Below, one piece after another: positions 49,891 through 62,778 of a stretch of 64,000 nucleotides of DNA. The stretch is taken from assembly GCA_965287045.1 (NCBI GenBank), contig OZ336877.1, positions 30,008,001 through 30,072,000 of the forward strand, read 5' to 3'. Each line of letters begins with the position of its first letter. The stretch's first letter is position 1. This DNA comes from Carcharhinus amblyrhynchos (taxonomy: Eukaryota). The position numbers were made by a program, and so were the translations under genes. The notes under the pieces were generated by a model, which was not told where the DNA came from, did not search any database, and saw only the letters and a program-made list of their open reading frames with translations.

Positions 49891-50380
49891 AAAATAATTC
49901 CGTGGTAGGGTCACGTTTTAATTTTGTAGTGGATTGGGTTTATCTTAAAGTAACTGTTCTCACGTCAGTTCCTCTTTGATCTCTGCCCATTACTGGCACA
50001 GAAATAGATGGATCCTTCCCAAACCTCAGCTGCTAATGAGTTTTAGTTGGATTCCAAGATGGTTGATTCATTTCCTCTGAGCACTCCGCCCCTTTATTCT
50101 GTGGCCAGTCCTGCTTTGTTAACAGGACTTCTATGGATGCCTTGACGTACCAATGTACAGCAGCACTTTTAACTTCTCCTCTGGTAAAACGGGCAACATA
50201 AATATTACAGGTTAAAACAACCTAAAAAACACATCTATGAGGTGGGTTAGTTTTAAATGAACCATATACTGAGGTGATAGCAAAGAGACACACATACTTC
50301 AATATGGATAGAATTACTCAGCAACAGTAAAGAAGGTGTTTATTTTGGTCACAGGATATCACAATGGGTTTTCCTCTGGT

Positions 50381-50656
50381 CATAGATTCTCTACAGTGCA
50401 GAAGGAGGCCATTCAGCCCATCGAGTCTGCACCCAGCAATAATCCCACCCAGGCATTTACCCTGCTAATTCCCCTGACACTTCGGGTCAATTTAGCACGG
50501 CCAATCCACCCGACCTGCATATCTTTGGGCCGTGGGAGGAAACCGGAGCACCCGGAGGAAACCCACGCAGGCACGAGGAGAATGTGCAAACTCCAGTGCC
50601 CCGAGGCCAGAATCGAACTGGGTCTCTGGCGCTGTGAGGCAGCAGGGCTAACCACC
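50381..50656 (-). mobile_element. HE1-like V-SINE
   Basis: GGAAACCGGAGCACCCGGAGGAAACCCACGCAG is the reverse-complemented V-domain. Confidence 0.85.
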
Positions 50657-51732
50657 CAAGGTCACCACCCCGGGTTCAACTATCTTCAGCTGCTTCACAA
50701 TGGCTTCCCCTTTGCTCTAAGGCCAGAAGGGGTACAGCTCACTGCTGACTTGCTTGCTAGCGCTCACTGGTCTGTTGCTCCACAGAAGGGAAGAAGCTTG
50801 TAGGAGCTTCAGCACCACTGGCTGGATTTAATGTGGCCTGTTGCAGCAGGAAACATGGCGGCTAGGCCCATCTTGTCGCAGGAGAGGCCCCACATAGGTC
50901 TCCTGGTGGCAGCAAAACCTCTTTCCACCGAGTTGGAGGTTGGAATGGGGTGACCATGGAATTTCTGGCCATGGGACGTCAATTGGGTTCATTAATGGGC
51001 CAATCAACATGCATTATCCCTGAACCTATCACAATTCAGCAGCAATTCAGGGATTAAATTTAAGTCACACAGGCTTCCCTTGCCCTTGGAAGGCAGTGGG
51101 GGCGGTGGGGTGGGGGGGGGGGGGGGGAGGTGTTGTGGTTGTCCCCCTCTGCGCCTAATCGAGGACGAGGTCCAGTCCATGCCCGAGCGAGGGACCCATC
51201 ATTGGCAGAGGAGGCTGCTGAGAGCCATTGTCCTGCCCTTGCCTCTGACCTCTTGCTTCTCTCTTCCAGAACCCTTACCCCATGAACCGGTTCCTGTTTT
51301 TCACTCACCTTTGGCCTGGGGATCCGACAATGATCTGGGATCTCGGGTGAGTGCATTGCTGCCAACGGCCACCACTCCATTTGGCATCATGGGGAGTGAC
51401 CTCCATGCCTCTGATTAGCTGGCAGCTCTCAGTGGACGGGACTTCTGCTGCAGGGACTTCAATCACGGGGAAGGCCTGTCGATGGCCGGTGAATGAGACA
51501 CCACGGGCTGCATTCCAGGGCCTGAAGGATAATTGATTCTTGCTGGTCAATACCACCACCACCACCCCCCCTCCCATGTAGGTGACAGGGATCCTCTCTC
51601 ATTCTCTGGCTGTCAGCCCAACAAAATCACCACCAAAATTATTCTAATTATACCCACTTAGGCTGGTTTTAAAACTATACATTTTCACTGACTCTGCTGA
51701 TCTATGTAATCAGGTGTTCAAACACTTCCATG

Positions 51733-52051
51733 TGGGTAGCAGAGTGACACAGCCATTAGCACGGCTGCCTCACAGCGTCAGGGAGATGGGTTCGATTCCC
51801 AGCTTGGGTGACTGTGTGGCATTTGCACATTCTCCCTGTGTCTGTGTGGGTTTCGTCTGGGTGCTCCAGTTTTCTCCCACAGTCCAAAGGTGTGCCGGTT
51901 AGGTTGATTGGTCATGCTAAATTAACCTCTAGTGTCAGGTGGATGAGCAGGGTGGATAAGTGGGGTCATGGGGAAACGGCTTGTTGTTGTTGGTGCAGGC
52001 TTGATGGACTGAATGGCCTCCTTCTGCAGTGTAGGATTCTATGGTTCTATG
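51733..52051 (+). mobile_element. HE1-like V-SINE
   Basis: Head, V-domain, tail TTCTATGGTTCTATG. Confidence 0.85.
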
Positions 52052-52354
52052 AAATTGTGTCACAATCTGACTCAACATTAAAGTCAACCATTTCAGATCA
52101 CAGCCTCTTTCTTTAGTGTTTTTTTTCCCTCTGGTTTCTTTCTTTATTCCATTACTTTGCATTTGGACAGCTGCCATCCAGCCATTCACACCTCACCAGG
52201 CACATCTTTTGTTAGTTTCTAGTTTTGTTATTACCATAAACCTTTTGTCATTTAAATCTCTCCACCCTATCACAGGCCTTCCCTTTTCTGTTACTTCCTC
52301 CCTTCATCCATCTCAATTTCTCAAAATTTACTACCTTTGCAAATTCCCTCTGTT

Positions 52355-52380
52355 CTGATGAAAGGTCCCAGACCTGAAAC
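52355..52380 (+). other. Hammerhead-ribozyme core within a Penelope-derived repeat
   Basis: CTGATGA-A-AGGTC-CCA-GACCT-GAAAC. Confidence 0.55.
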
Positions 52381-52383
52381 ATT

Positions 52384-52510
52384 GGGCAGGATTTTATGGC
52401 CTCGCTCATCCCTCAACCGTAAAATCCCACCTGAGGTGAGCAGACTTTTCCATGGTCTGTCCCGTGGCTGATCCGATTCCTGTGGCGGACAGGGCAGTAA
52501 AATTCCAGCC
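52384..52510. mobile_element. About 125-bp Harbinger-type MITE
   Basis: Ends GGGCAGGATTTT / AAAATTCCAGCC; ATT on both sides. Confidence 0.75.
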
Positions 52511-54701
52511 ATTAACTCATCTTTTCACAGAGGCTGTCTGACCTGCCGAGTATTTTCTACTTTCATCTCAGGTTTCCAGCATCTGCGGTATTTTGCTTTT
52601 GTCCCGTGTGTTCTATTTCTGTACTTAACTCACAGCGAAGCTGGCACTATGTTGAGGTTGACAGGGTACCTCTGGGATTAACATGTCAATTTCCCAGGGG
52701 TGGGCTGGCAGCTGAAAGGGATTTGTATGAACTGGCTATAATGCCATGGACCCCATTCCTGGTGCCTACCCGCTGGCCCCATGAATTAAGTCGGGGCAAG
52801 GGAGGCTCTGGGAAACATGCCCATCCATGGGCCAATTGCAGGTTTTAAGTGACCAATTACTTAGCACTTAAGAGCCTCTTTCCCTTCCCCACTGCTACTT
52901 TTGTGGAGATAAAGGCCCAGGAAAAGAGGGAGCCTGGCACGTTTCAGTGATCGAGTAGGCAAGAGGTTTCACCTCCTTTATGAGCCCACCAAAGGCCCTC
53001 CCCAAAGGCCTTCCCACAGGTTCCCTCTCCCTCTCCATCCTGTCCACCCCTGTTAGCCTGACCTTGTCAGAAACCAGGCCATATTTCCCCCCAACCCCAA
53101 CACCACTTTCCCATCCAGCTTCAGTGATGATTGCCATTTGGAAGTGGCAGCAGTCCCTGCGATGGTCATCACTCCCACTGATATTCTGGGAACAGAGAGC
53201 TGCCGGCCATCCTTCTCAATGGTCTCGCTGCCACCACTCTCACAGGACAGCATTGCTCTGCTTTGGGCTGTTAAACTCAATGGGACCAGCACACTGTTGC
53301 CAGCTTTACTGCAGGACCCATGTGAAGAGGTTGCAGCCATTGAGTATGAACGACACTAGCAAAAATACCCAGAGCTGCGTGTGGGCAAGACATTCGCCCG
53401 GCTGCAGTTTTGTTGCCAGTAGCCACAACCATGAAAATATTCAATAAGAACGGTAATGTAACATCTCTCACTAACAGAGGACTGACCCCAGAACAGAATG
53501 ACTCCATTAGAATTCTGGCAGAATAGGAGCTTCCAGTTCCATTGGACTGAATCCCAGGATGAGAGGGTTATCCCACAATGTGAGGCCAAGTAGATATCAT
53601 CAGCAAGACAACAATTTCCAACTTTCACTATCCCTCACTGGTGACGGAATCAGGTTCTATCTGATTTAAAGATATTATCATGGATTTAAATATTATTAAC
53701 AAGTTCCCTTGCCCTATATTGACCACTCCTGCCATATATTCATACTGCTGCACCCCATCAGTGTGTTTTACAGCAGGTTCACCTCAATGTGAACCTGTTA
53801 TGGGGATGTTCCCTGGGGTGTAAAGGCAAATATAGCCCCTGGGAGGAGAGAGACATGGCCAGGCAGTGCCCTGGCAATGCACCATGGCACTGTGGCATTG
53901 CCATGTTGGCACCATGACAGCCTGGCTGTACCAAACCATGCCAAGAGGCAGTGCCAGGGGTGGACCCCAGTGGGAGCCTCATGTGGGGGCAGAGGAGGGG
54001 ATTCAGTTATATGTGGTGGTAGCCAGGAGCTAACGCTTGGCTGTGTGGATGAATAGGGGGAAAGGGGGGGGGTGGTGAGGGGGTAGGATGAGATCCAGTG
54101 TACCAGGGAAGAGTGGGCAGGCACCAGCATTGACTTTGTGGGTGGGGTATCGGGGGACACAGGATGGGGTCCAACGTTCAGGGTAGGGATATGGTTTCAG
54201 CACTGACTGTTGCAGGGGGGAGGGGAGAGGTGAAGAGGTGGTGGAGGTGGGGAGGTGATGGGGGTGGGGAAGTGGGCGGGCTGCCAGGGTGTTGAGAGAT
54301 GCTGGATCGGGGGGAAGGTATGGGGGTGTGAGGGCGGTGGGGGGTGGTTGGGTGTAGGATGTGCTCTGATCCCTATAGGGGGTTTGAGGGGGGGGCTCCT
54401 GAGACTTCTGTGATGGTCTGAGGAGGGTGGTGGGAGGTTTATTCATGATTCTGATTGGGGCACCCCTTGAACATGGCACCCAATCTCAATGCAGCCAGGC
54501 TTTGCCAGGGTGTTTAGGCCCCACCTCCTTGCATGGCATTGTGAAACTTGGCCAGATTTAGAGTGTGGTAAGATCTAGAGAGAAAACCAATCTGTTTCTC
54601 TGCGGAGAAATACAACATTTTTCTTGCTAGAACCAACAGGCTGTGAAATTCTGGTGAGATCCTGCCCCCCCCCCCACCCCCCACCCCTATCCCCCCCCCC
54701 T

Positions 54702-54702
<1 letters not shown>

Positions 54703-54760
<58 letters not shown>
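54703..54760. repeat. (CA)n microsatellite
   Basis: About 29 units. Confidence 0.95.
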
Positions 54761-54762
<2 letters not shown>

Positions 54763-54839
54763 TTAGCATATTGCTAAGATCTTCCACTTTGGGATTTTTA
54801 TTCCTCTGCTGCTTCATACTTTGACTCCCTGTAAACTTT

Positions 54840-55150
54840 AGGATGGCACAGTGGTTAGCACTGCTGCCTCACAGCGCCAGGGACCCTGGTTCAATTCCTC
54901 CTCAGGCCGCTGTCTGTGTGAAGTCAGCACGTTCTCCCTGTATGGATTGCCCCCAGGTGTTTCAGTTTCCTCCTCCAATCCAAAGATGTGTGAATTAGGT
55001 TGATTGGCCACGCTAACTTGCCCCTTAGTGCCAGGGGGATTAGGAGGGTAAATATGTGGGGTAATGGGGGTAGAACCTGGGTGGGATTGTTGTCAGTGCA
55101 GACTCAATGGGCCAAATGGCCTCCATCTGCACTGTAGATTGCATGATTCT
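54840..55150 (+). mobile_element. HE1-like V-SINE
   Basis: TGGCACAGTGGTTAGCACTGCTGCCTCACAGCGCCAGGGAC head. Confidence 0.87.
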
Positions 55151-57178
55151 CTGGCTGCTAAATGAAATGATGGATGACCTCTTCCACAAATGGCAAAAAT
55201 GATGGTTATCTGACAATTCTGAGAAGAAGACCGGAATTTTACTGCCATGCCTGCCCCGATTCCCAGGGCGGGTGAGGCTTGGGGAACAGTAATCTCTGTT
55301 GACCTCAGGCAGGATTGCACAAACCTCAGGCAGATGTGCCGGTAACATTCCGCCCAAAGTCAGTTGTTCCTCATTTTTAAATTCTTCTGCTGTGGTCGGT
55401 GGTAGATTGGCTTTCAGGGGCATAAAAAATAGGAGCAGGAATAGGTCATTTGGCCCTTAAAGCCTGCTCCACCATGCAATATGATCATCGCTGATCACTG
55501 AACTCAGTAACCCCCCCTCTTCCCCTGCTCCATTTCCCCACCACTTACGTACCTTTATATTCATTCCTCAGAGACAGCGGTTGGAACAGGTAGGACGATT
55601 GCATTTGCTGAGATGTTTTAGTCATTGCTTGTCAGCTCCGTAACTCGCATCACTGAAATACTTAAGCAGGTGAGATGCAGTCCAACCTGTTCTCATTACT
55701 TCAGTCAGCTTTTGAATGCTTTGGTTGTCTGCCAAGTAATTAATTACCTGGTGACATTCTCCATCCAAATTCTGTTTAAAAGCATTGCAAAACAAAAGCT
55801 AAACTTTAAAACAAAACAAAGGACACACCAGAACAGATTTGTACGTGTGAAACATAGAATATATTTTAATCCCCTGCACCCCCAATCCCATTTGATCTAA
55901 TGAGTGGTAGGATATGAAGAAAATTGATGCTTGTACTGGTTTTGGTTTCAGTAGAAAGCTCCTCAAACTACGTTTCATCTCCTTTTCACCATCAAGATGT
56001 GGCTGCTACAGATTGAAATTATGATGACTGGAAAATCTTTTGCGTAAGATCAGGGATATTTATTCAGCAATTTCCAAGTAGCACTGCATACATGAAATAA
56101 AGTGGGGCACCTTTCCAATATGGCAACCCATGGGTTTGTTACACACCAGTACCACATATGACGTAAGGACATAAAACAAAGGAACTGAAATAGGCCACAT
56201 GGTTCTTCAAGCTTTCTCTGCCATTTAATAAAACGATGGCGGATCTTCCAAGTCAATCTTACATTCCTTCACTATCCCCAGAAATACTCAATCCACGTAG
56301 TATCCAAAAACCTATCAACTCTTCATCGAATCCCTACAATACAGAAGGAAGCCATTTGGCCCATCAAGCCTGCACTGACCACAATCCCACAGGCCCTATC
56401 CCCCGCAACCCCACGTATTTACTCTGCTAATCCCCTGACACCAGGGTCAATTTAGCATCGTCAATCAACCTAACCCACACATTTGATTTGATTTGATTCA
56501 TTATTGTCACATGTATTAACATACAGTGAAAAGTATTGTTTCTCATGCACTATACAGACAAAGCATCAGGGGATGCATCAGGTCAGAGGCGGGGGATACT
56601 AACCGCTACACTAATGAGGAAGTTGCTAGAATGCTACCTAGAATGTACTCAAAAACTAAGCATGCAAGCTCTCTGGGTGAAAAATTCGAAACTTTCACAA
56701 CCCTTTGAGTGAGGAAATTTCTCCTCAGCTCAGTTCAAAATGGCTGACATCCACCTTGCCAAGTCCCTTTGCAATTTTATTAGACCACATCTAAATTGTA
56801 GATCTAGATTATTTAATCTCTCCTCAATGGACAGACCCCTCAATCCAGCAACCAAACTAGTGAACCATTGTTGCACTCCCTCAAGGGCAAGTATGTCCTT
56901 CCTTAGATCAGGATACCAACATTATACACTGTGCTCCAGTTATGGCTTATCCAATTGTCTCAAGACTTCTTCACTTAAAGCTACAATCCATTTGTAACAA
57001 AAGCTAACTTACCATCTGCCCTCCTAATTGCTTGCTGTACCTGTATGATCAATTTTTGTGAGTCATATGCGAGGGCACCCATTTCCCTCTGTTTTCAGGC
57101 CTTTTAATTGTTGTCATGTTTTTATAAATGATCCAAAGTGAGATTTTGGCACAAAACCATCTCCTAGTTAAACACTAA

Positions 57179-57306
57179 GGGCAGGATTTTATGGCTTCAT
57201 TCACCCCAAATCTGTAAAATCCCATCCAAGGTCAACTGACTTTCCCATTGTCCGCCCTTCGCCCATTCTGATTCCTGTGGCGGGCGAGGTGGTAAAATTC
57301 CGGCCC
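57179..57306. mobile_element. About 125-bp Harbinger-type MITE
   Basis: Ends GGGCAGGATTTT / AAAATTCCGGCCC. Confidence 0.75.
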
Positions 57307-57529
57307 AAGGCACGCTTATAGTGGGCACCTGAGTGTCACAAAACCTGTAAGTGAGTTGGACAATGGAGATGAAATTTGATGCATTTAGGTGTAAAGTGCA
57401 GCACAATGGAAGAAAAAATGGATGACAGAACGGGTGTTAAAACAGCAAAGGATACAGCTGAAAACAATCCAGGAGTCTCAGTAGACTTAATGTTAAACAT
57501 ATCCTTCCATTGCAGGGATAATAGGGACA

Positions 57530-58290
57530 AAAGGTTTGCAGATGGATTGTAATGTGGGAAATTGCAAACTTTTCTACTCAGGCAGAAGGCTAGAAAAGCA
57601 CAATGCTATTTAAATGGAAAAAGATTGCAAGACTCAGTGCTATGGAGGGGTCCGGTAGAGGAATCACAAAGGGTTAGTGGGCAGGTACAGCAAGTGATTA
57701 GGAAGGCAAATACAATATTCGCATCTATTGCAAGGGGAATAGAATATAAAAATAGGAACATTTTACTGTAGTTGCATAGGGCCTTGATGAGACACATCTG
57801 GAATACTGTGTGCAGCTTTGCTCTCCTTATTTGAAAACAGATACAATCGCGTTAGAAGCAGTTCAAAGAAGATTGACTCAACTCACTCCAGGGTTGAGGG
57901 CCTTATCCTGTGGAGAAAGGTTGAACATGTTGGGTATTTATCCATCGCAATTCAGAAAAATGAGAGGTGATCCTATTGAAACATATGAGATCCTGAAGGG
58001 AGTGAGAGTGTTAATACAAGGCAGATATTTCCTTTTGTGGGGGAAATGAAAATTAACGGACACAATTTAGACAAAAGGGGTTTCCCTTTTAAGTCAGAGA
58101 TGAGCATCTCTTCTTTCTCCTCAGTGGATCATTAGTTTTTAATAGTTAAGGAAGTTAAGGATTATGGGAGGCCGACAGGAAGATGGAGTTGAGAGCATAT
58201 CAGATCAGCCATGACCTAATCGAATTTCAGACCACACTTGAAGGGCCGAATAGCCAACTCCTGCGCCTAAGCCCTACGTTCCTATGATGC
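57530..58290 (+). mobile_element. CR1 LINE 3' fragment
   Basis: QVQQVIRKAN..FASIARGIEYK; ALEAVQRRLTQLTPGLR; FRKMRGDPIETY. Confidence 0.85.
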
Positions 58291-58613
58291 TGAACTACAG
58301 AAGCAAAACAGAACAATATAAGATGTAGGATGTAAGGAGTAAGCTCTCGGAGGGCTCTAGTAAGACCACACCATGAATACTACATCAGGTTCTGGGCCAA
58401 GGAAGAAGAAAGACCTTGAAACATTGGAAGTAGTGCAAGGAAGAGCCACAGAATCAAAGATATGAAACACTGGGCTTTTCAGTCTGGAGGCAAAGCATCC
58501 GAGAGGTGAGCTTGTACAGGCAAGTAAGATGGTTAGGCACAATAGAGAAACTTATGCAGGAGTATTAATCTAAACTAAACTTCAGGAGTAGAGCTAGGAG
58601 ACACAGATATAAA

Positions 58614-58737
58614 GGCCGAAACTCTACCACCTCGCCCACCATGGAATCAGAATGGTAAGGGTCTGATAACGGAAATCGCCATTGACCTCAGACGGGAATT
58701 TCCAGTCTTGCCCAAGCAAGGCTGTAAAACCCCACCC
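58614..58737. mobile_element. About 125-bp Harbinger-type MITE
   Basis: Ends GGCCGAAACTCTAC / GTAAAACCCCACCC; body similar to 12011-12137. Confidence 0.65.
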
Positions 58738-59371
58738 AAAGTATCTAGGAATCACAGAATACTTACAACACCAGAGGCCATTCGGCCTGTTTTATTCGTG
58801 CTGGCTCTCTGAATGAGCCAATCCCTACCTTCTTCCTGTAATCCTGCACATTCTTCCTTTCCAGATATTAACTAATTCCTTCCTGATTGTTTCAATGCTC
58901 CAGCCTCCACCACACTGTCAGTCTTATGGTCAAGAGAGACCCAACAAACTACGCTGATTTCCTTTTGCCATCTATTCATTAGTCAAAGGTGTTTTTGAAT
59001 TAACTTTGCTTTCAAATTTGCAGAGAAATCTTTTCCCAATCTGTTGTTTTTCATGATCCAATTTACAAATAATCCACAGCAGACCAAAGTTAGGATTGAC
59101 ACAGAGAGTTAATCTTCACATTCAAAACCATTCCAAATACACACACACACACACACACACACACGTGCACGAAAGCAAAGGAGTTTTACAGTACAAGAAA
59201 TGAATATTAGTCTACGTGATTTCCGGAGTCCAATGAAGAATTCTTTCACACAGGTGTTCAAGCTCAACTGGCTGAAGACCAGCGTTGCTAACCTCAAGAT
59301 AAAGTAGGTATGCAGTGACTGAGTCAGTTCTATAGGCAAGGGCACATCATCTTCCAGCAGAGACAGGCTTA

Positions 59372-59619
59372 AGTTAAAGTTAATTTATTAGTCACAAGTA
59401 AAGCTTACATTAACACTGCAATGAAGTTATTGTGAAATTCCCTCGGCGTCTGTTCTGGTCAATTCACCTAACCAGAAAATCCTTCAGAATGTGGGAGGAA
59501 TCCAAAGCACCCAGAGAAAACCTACACAGAACATGGGGAGAATGTGCAAACTCCACACAGACAGTGGCCCAAGCCGGGAATCGAACACAGGTCCCTGGCA
59601 CTGTGCTACCATGCCACCC
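59372..59619 (-). mobile_element. HE1-like V-SINE
   Basis: Reverse complement of V-domain; AATAAAT-type tail. Confidence 0.8.
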
Positions 59620-60039
59620 ATGGCTTCATGATACATATGGGCTGTTGCTCTACCTGGAGGAATTGGCTTCTTGGTGGTTCACCAGTTGGGTGTTCGAACA
59701 GCAGACGGATGAGTTCTCAGTTCTCTCTGCAGGCATAAAGAGTTCTGATACACAAGTCCTCTGGTTTTTTTTTAATTAAAGGGTGAGTACAATGAGGTGT
59801 GAGATTCCAGAGGCTGAGCGAAGTGACCCTTGTAACTCTGGGCCACAGACAAAGGGCCAAATCTTTGGTCATGTGACTGGTAGCAGCTATCCCTTTAGTT
59901 CAGTTAGAAATACATTTTTTTTAAAATAGCAGTAAGGATAACATTTTGACGATATATGTTGGGGTTTTTCATTATGTCATAGGAATTCAACTATCAGGCA
60001 TGCAGATCTCAACCACTCAGTGTATGAAAGTGGTTTTCC

Positions 60040-61215
60040 TTTTTTTTAATTCATTCACAGGATGTGGGCATCTCTGGCGATGCCAGCAATTATTGCCCAT
60101 CTCAAATTTTCCTTGAACCGCTGTCTCCTTGAACCGCTGCAGTCTATGTGGTATAGGCACATCCACGTTGCTGTTGGCGAAGAAGTTCCAGGTTTTAACC
60201 CAGCAACAGTGATGAAATGATGATATCTTTCCAAGACAGGATGATGAGTGGCTTAGGAGAGAACTTGCAAGTGGTAATGTTCCTATATGCTTGCTATTCT
60301 TTTCCTTCTTGATGGTACCAGTCATAGGTTGGGAGGGTGCTGCCTAAGGAGCCTGCAGTGTATCTTGTAGATGATACACGCTTCTGCCTCTGTGGTGGAG
60401 AGAGTGAATGATTGTGGATGGGGTGCCAATCAAGTGGGCTTCTTTGTTCTGGATGGTATCAAGATTCTTGAGTGTTGTTAAAGCTGCACTTATCCAGATA
60501 AGTATTCAATTGCACTCCTGGCTTGTGCCTTGTAGATGGTGGACAGGCTTTGGGGAGTCAGAAGGTGACTGGCTGCAGAATTCTGAGTGTTTGACCTGCT
60601 CTTGTAGCCACAGTATTTATATGGTTAGTCCAGTTCAGTTTCTGGTCAGTGGTAACTACCAAGATGTTGATAGTAGTGGATGCAGTGATGATAATGTATT
60701 GAATGTCAAGGGGCAATGGTTAGATTCTCTTTTTTGGAGATGGTCACTGCCTTGTGTAGGGTGAACGTTACTCACCAATTGTCAGCTCAGGTCTGGTTAT
60801 TGTCCAGATCTTATTGCATTTAACCATGGATTGCTTCAGTATCTGAGGAGTTGCAAATGGTGCTGAACATTGTGTAGGCATCAGCGAACATCCCCACTTC
60901 TGACCTTAAGATAGAAGGAAGGTCATTGATGAAGCAACTGAAGATGATTGGACCTTGGACATTACCCTAAGGAACTCCTGCAGAGATGTCCTGGAGCTGA
61001 GATGGTTAACCTCCAACCACAACAGCCATCTTCCTTTGCGCCAGGTATGACTCCAACCAGTGAAGAGTGATTCCCATTGATTCTAGTTTTGCTAAGGCTC
61101 CTTGATGCAAAACTTGGTCAAATGCTGCCTTGATGTTAAGGACAGTCACTCTCACCTCACTTCTGGAGCTCAGCTGTTTTGTCCAGGTTTGAGCCAAGGC
61201 TGCAATGTCACAATT
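60040..61215 (-). mobile_element. Decayed non-LTR retrotransposon RT/3' fragment (CR1/L2/Jockey group)
   Basis: VRVTVLNIKAAFDQVLHQGALAKLESMGI; MFADA near 60880; A-rich tail near 60045. Confidence 0.8.
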
Positions 61216-62289
61216 GCTTCCATTGTCAATTATCTTAACTCTGTGCTTTTTGGACTTTCTATCTATGGGAACAGTTTCACCCTACCCACTCTGTCCAGAC
61301 CCCCTGTTGATTTTGAAACTGGGGAGGATAACTTTAAGACAAATGTCAGGAAATTAGTTTCACACAAGGTAACATGCCAACATGTGAATTAACCTTCCAG
61401 ATAGAATGGTGAAGAATAACACTCTGGAATAAGTTCTGGAACAATTGGATGCTGTAGTGGGATGGGCCATTCAAATATTCCTGGATGGATGAATCAAATT
61501 AACTGAATGGCCTTACGTACCCTGTCGACTTGTAGCATAGTCCGTTCTTTGAATACTCTGCCCACTCTCTATAACAAGCCTACGTGAAAAGCAAGTAAGC
61601 AAAAAAGGACAAAACTGAAAATATGTTGAGAAAAATGTTATTGTTACCCAGCTGTAAATTCCAGGTGCTGATTCTCTGCCAAAAGAATGGAATTTGCTTC
61701 AGAAGCAACAATATGTGCAACTAAATATAGTCCAAGTGCAGCTGTGTGACACTGTACAGCAACAGTTACAGTGGCTGTTAGAGTACAGCCTCCTTACATC
61801 TTATAATGCCACTCACAACAAACTAAATCACTATTTACTGCTCAGTCTTTAAAAAGTTAACAAAAGAAACTTTACAAGACATTCCATGTAAAATATACTC
61901 CTTAATGAGCCATTAATCCAGTATGCAGGGTCTATTCCAGAAAGCATAGGTTCAAATGCATAGCCTTAATTGGAAGGGCATTGGAATATGAAAATAGGGA
62001 AGTCTTCCTACAACAGTAGAGGGCATTGGTGAGGCCTCTGCTGTGTATATGTTTGGTCTCCTTAAGGAGGGATGTACTTGCATTGGAAGTCGCTGAGGGA
62101 AGGTTCGCTATTGTTTCCTGGGATGAAGGTATTGTGTAATGTAGCATAATAAATCAAGGTAGAACCAATGTAGCTCAGAAGTAATAATTGTCAACAAAAA
62201 GTCAGATTGAATCAATTATGTGAATATTCAGCTTTCCTCCCAGACTCCAACTGCAGACCTCTTCAACATGTGATATGTGCCCTTACTCC

Positions 62290-62778
62290 CAATTATAGAT
62301 GTGCCAAAGAAAGCATTCTTTCTGGTTGTATTATGGCTTGGTATGCCTCCTGCCTTGTCCAAGACAACAAAGACTACAAAGGGCATAAATGAAGCTCAGC
62401 CCAACCGCCAACCTCCCAATGATTGACTCTGTCTACACTTCCTGCTGCCTCAGAAAAGCAGCCAGCATAATCAAAGGCCCCAGGCACCTGGACATCCTTT
62501 CTTCTACCTTCTTCAGTAGGGAAAAAGATAGAAAAGCCCGAGGACATGTACCAGCTGACTCAAGAACAGTTTCTTCCCTACTGCCATCGGACTTTTGAAC
62601 AGACCTACCTCACATTAAGTTGATCTTTCTCTACACTCTAGCTATGACTGTAACATTACATTCTGCATCCTCTCCTTTTCTTCTCTAAGTACAGTATGCT
62701 TTGTCCGTATAGCATGCAAGAAATAACACTTTTCACTGTATACTAATAGATGTGACAATAATAAATCAAATCAAATCC
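62290..62778 (+). mobile_element. Rex1/Babar-like LINE 3' end
   Basis: YRCAKESILSGCIMAWY; (AATCA)n tail; sits inside CR1 pieces at 61940-62140 and 62780-63100. Confidence 0.78.

Noticed and set aside
55748-59726. Further minus-strand micro-exon candidates near 55750 (24 nt) and 59655 (73 nt)
   Set aside because: Splice sites are plausible but the peptides are uninformative and do not join the other candidates convincingly
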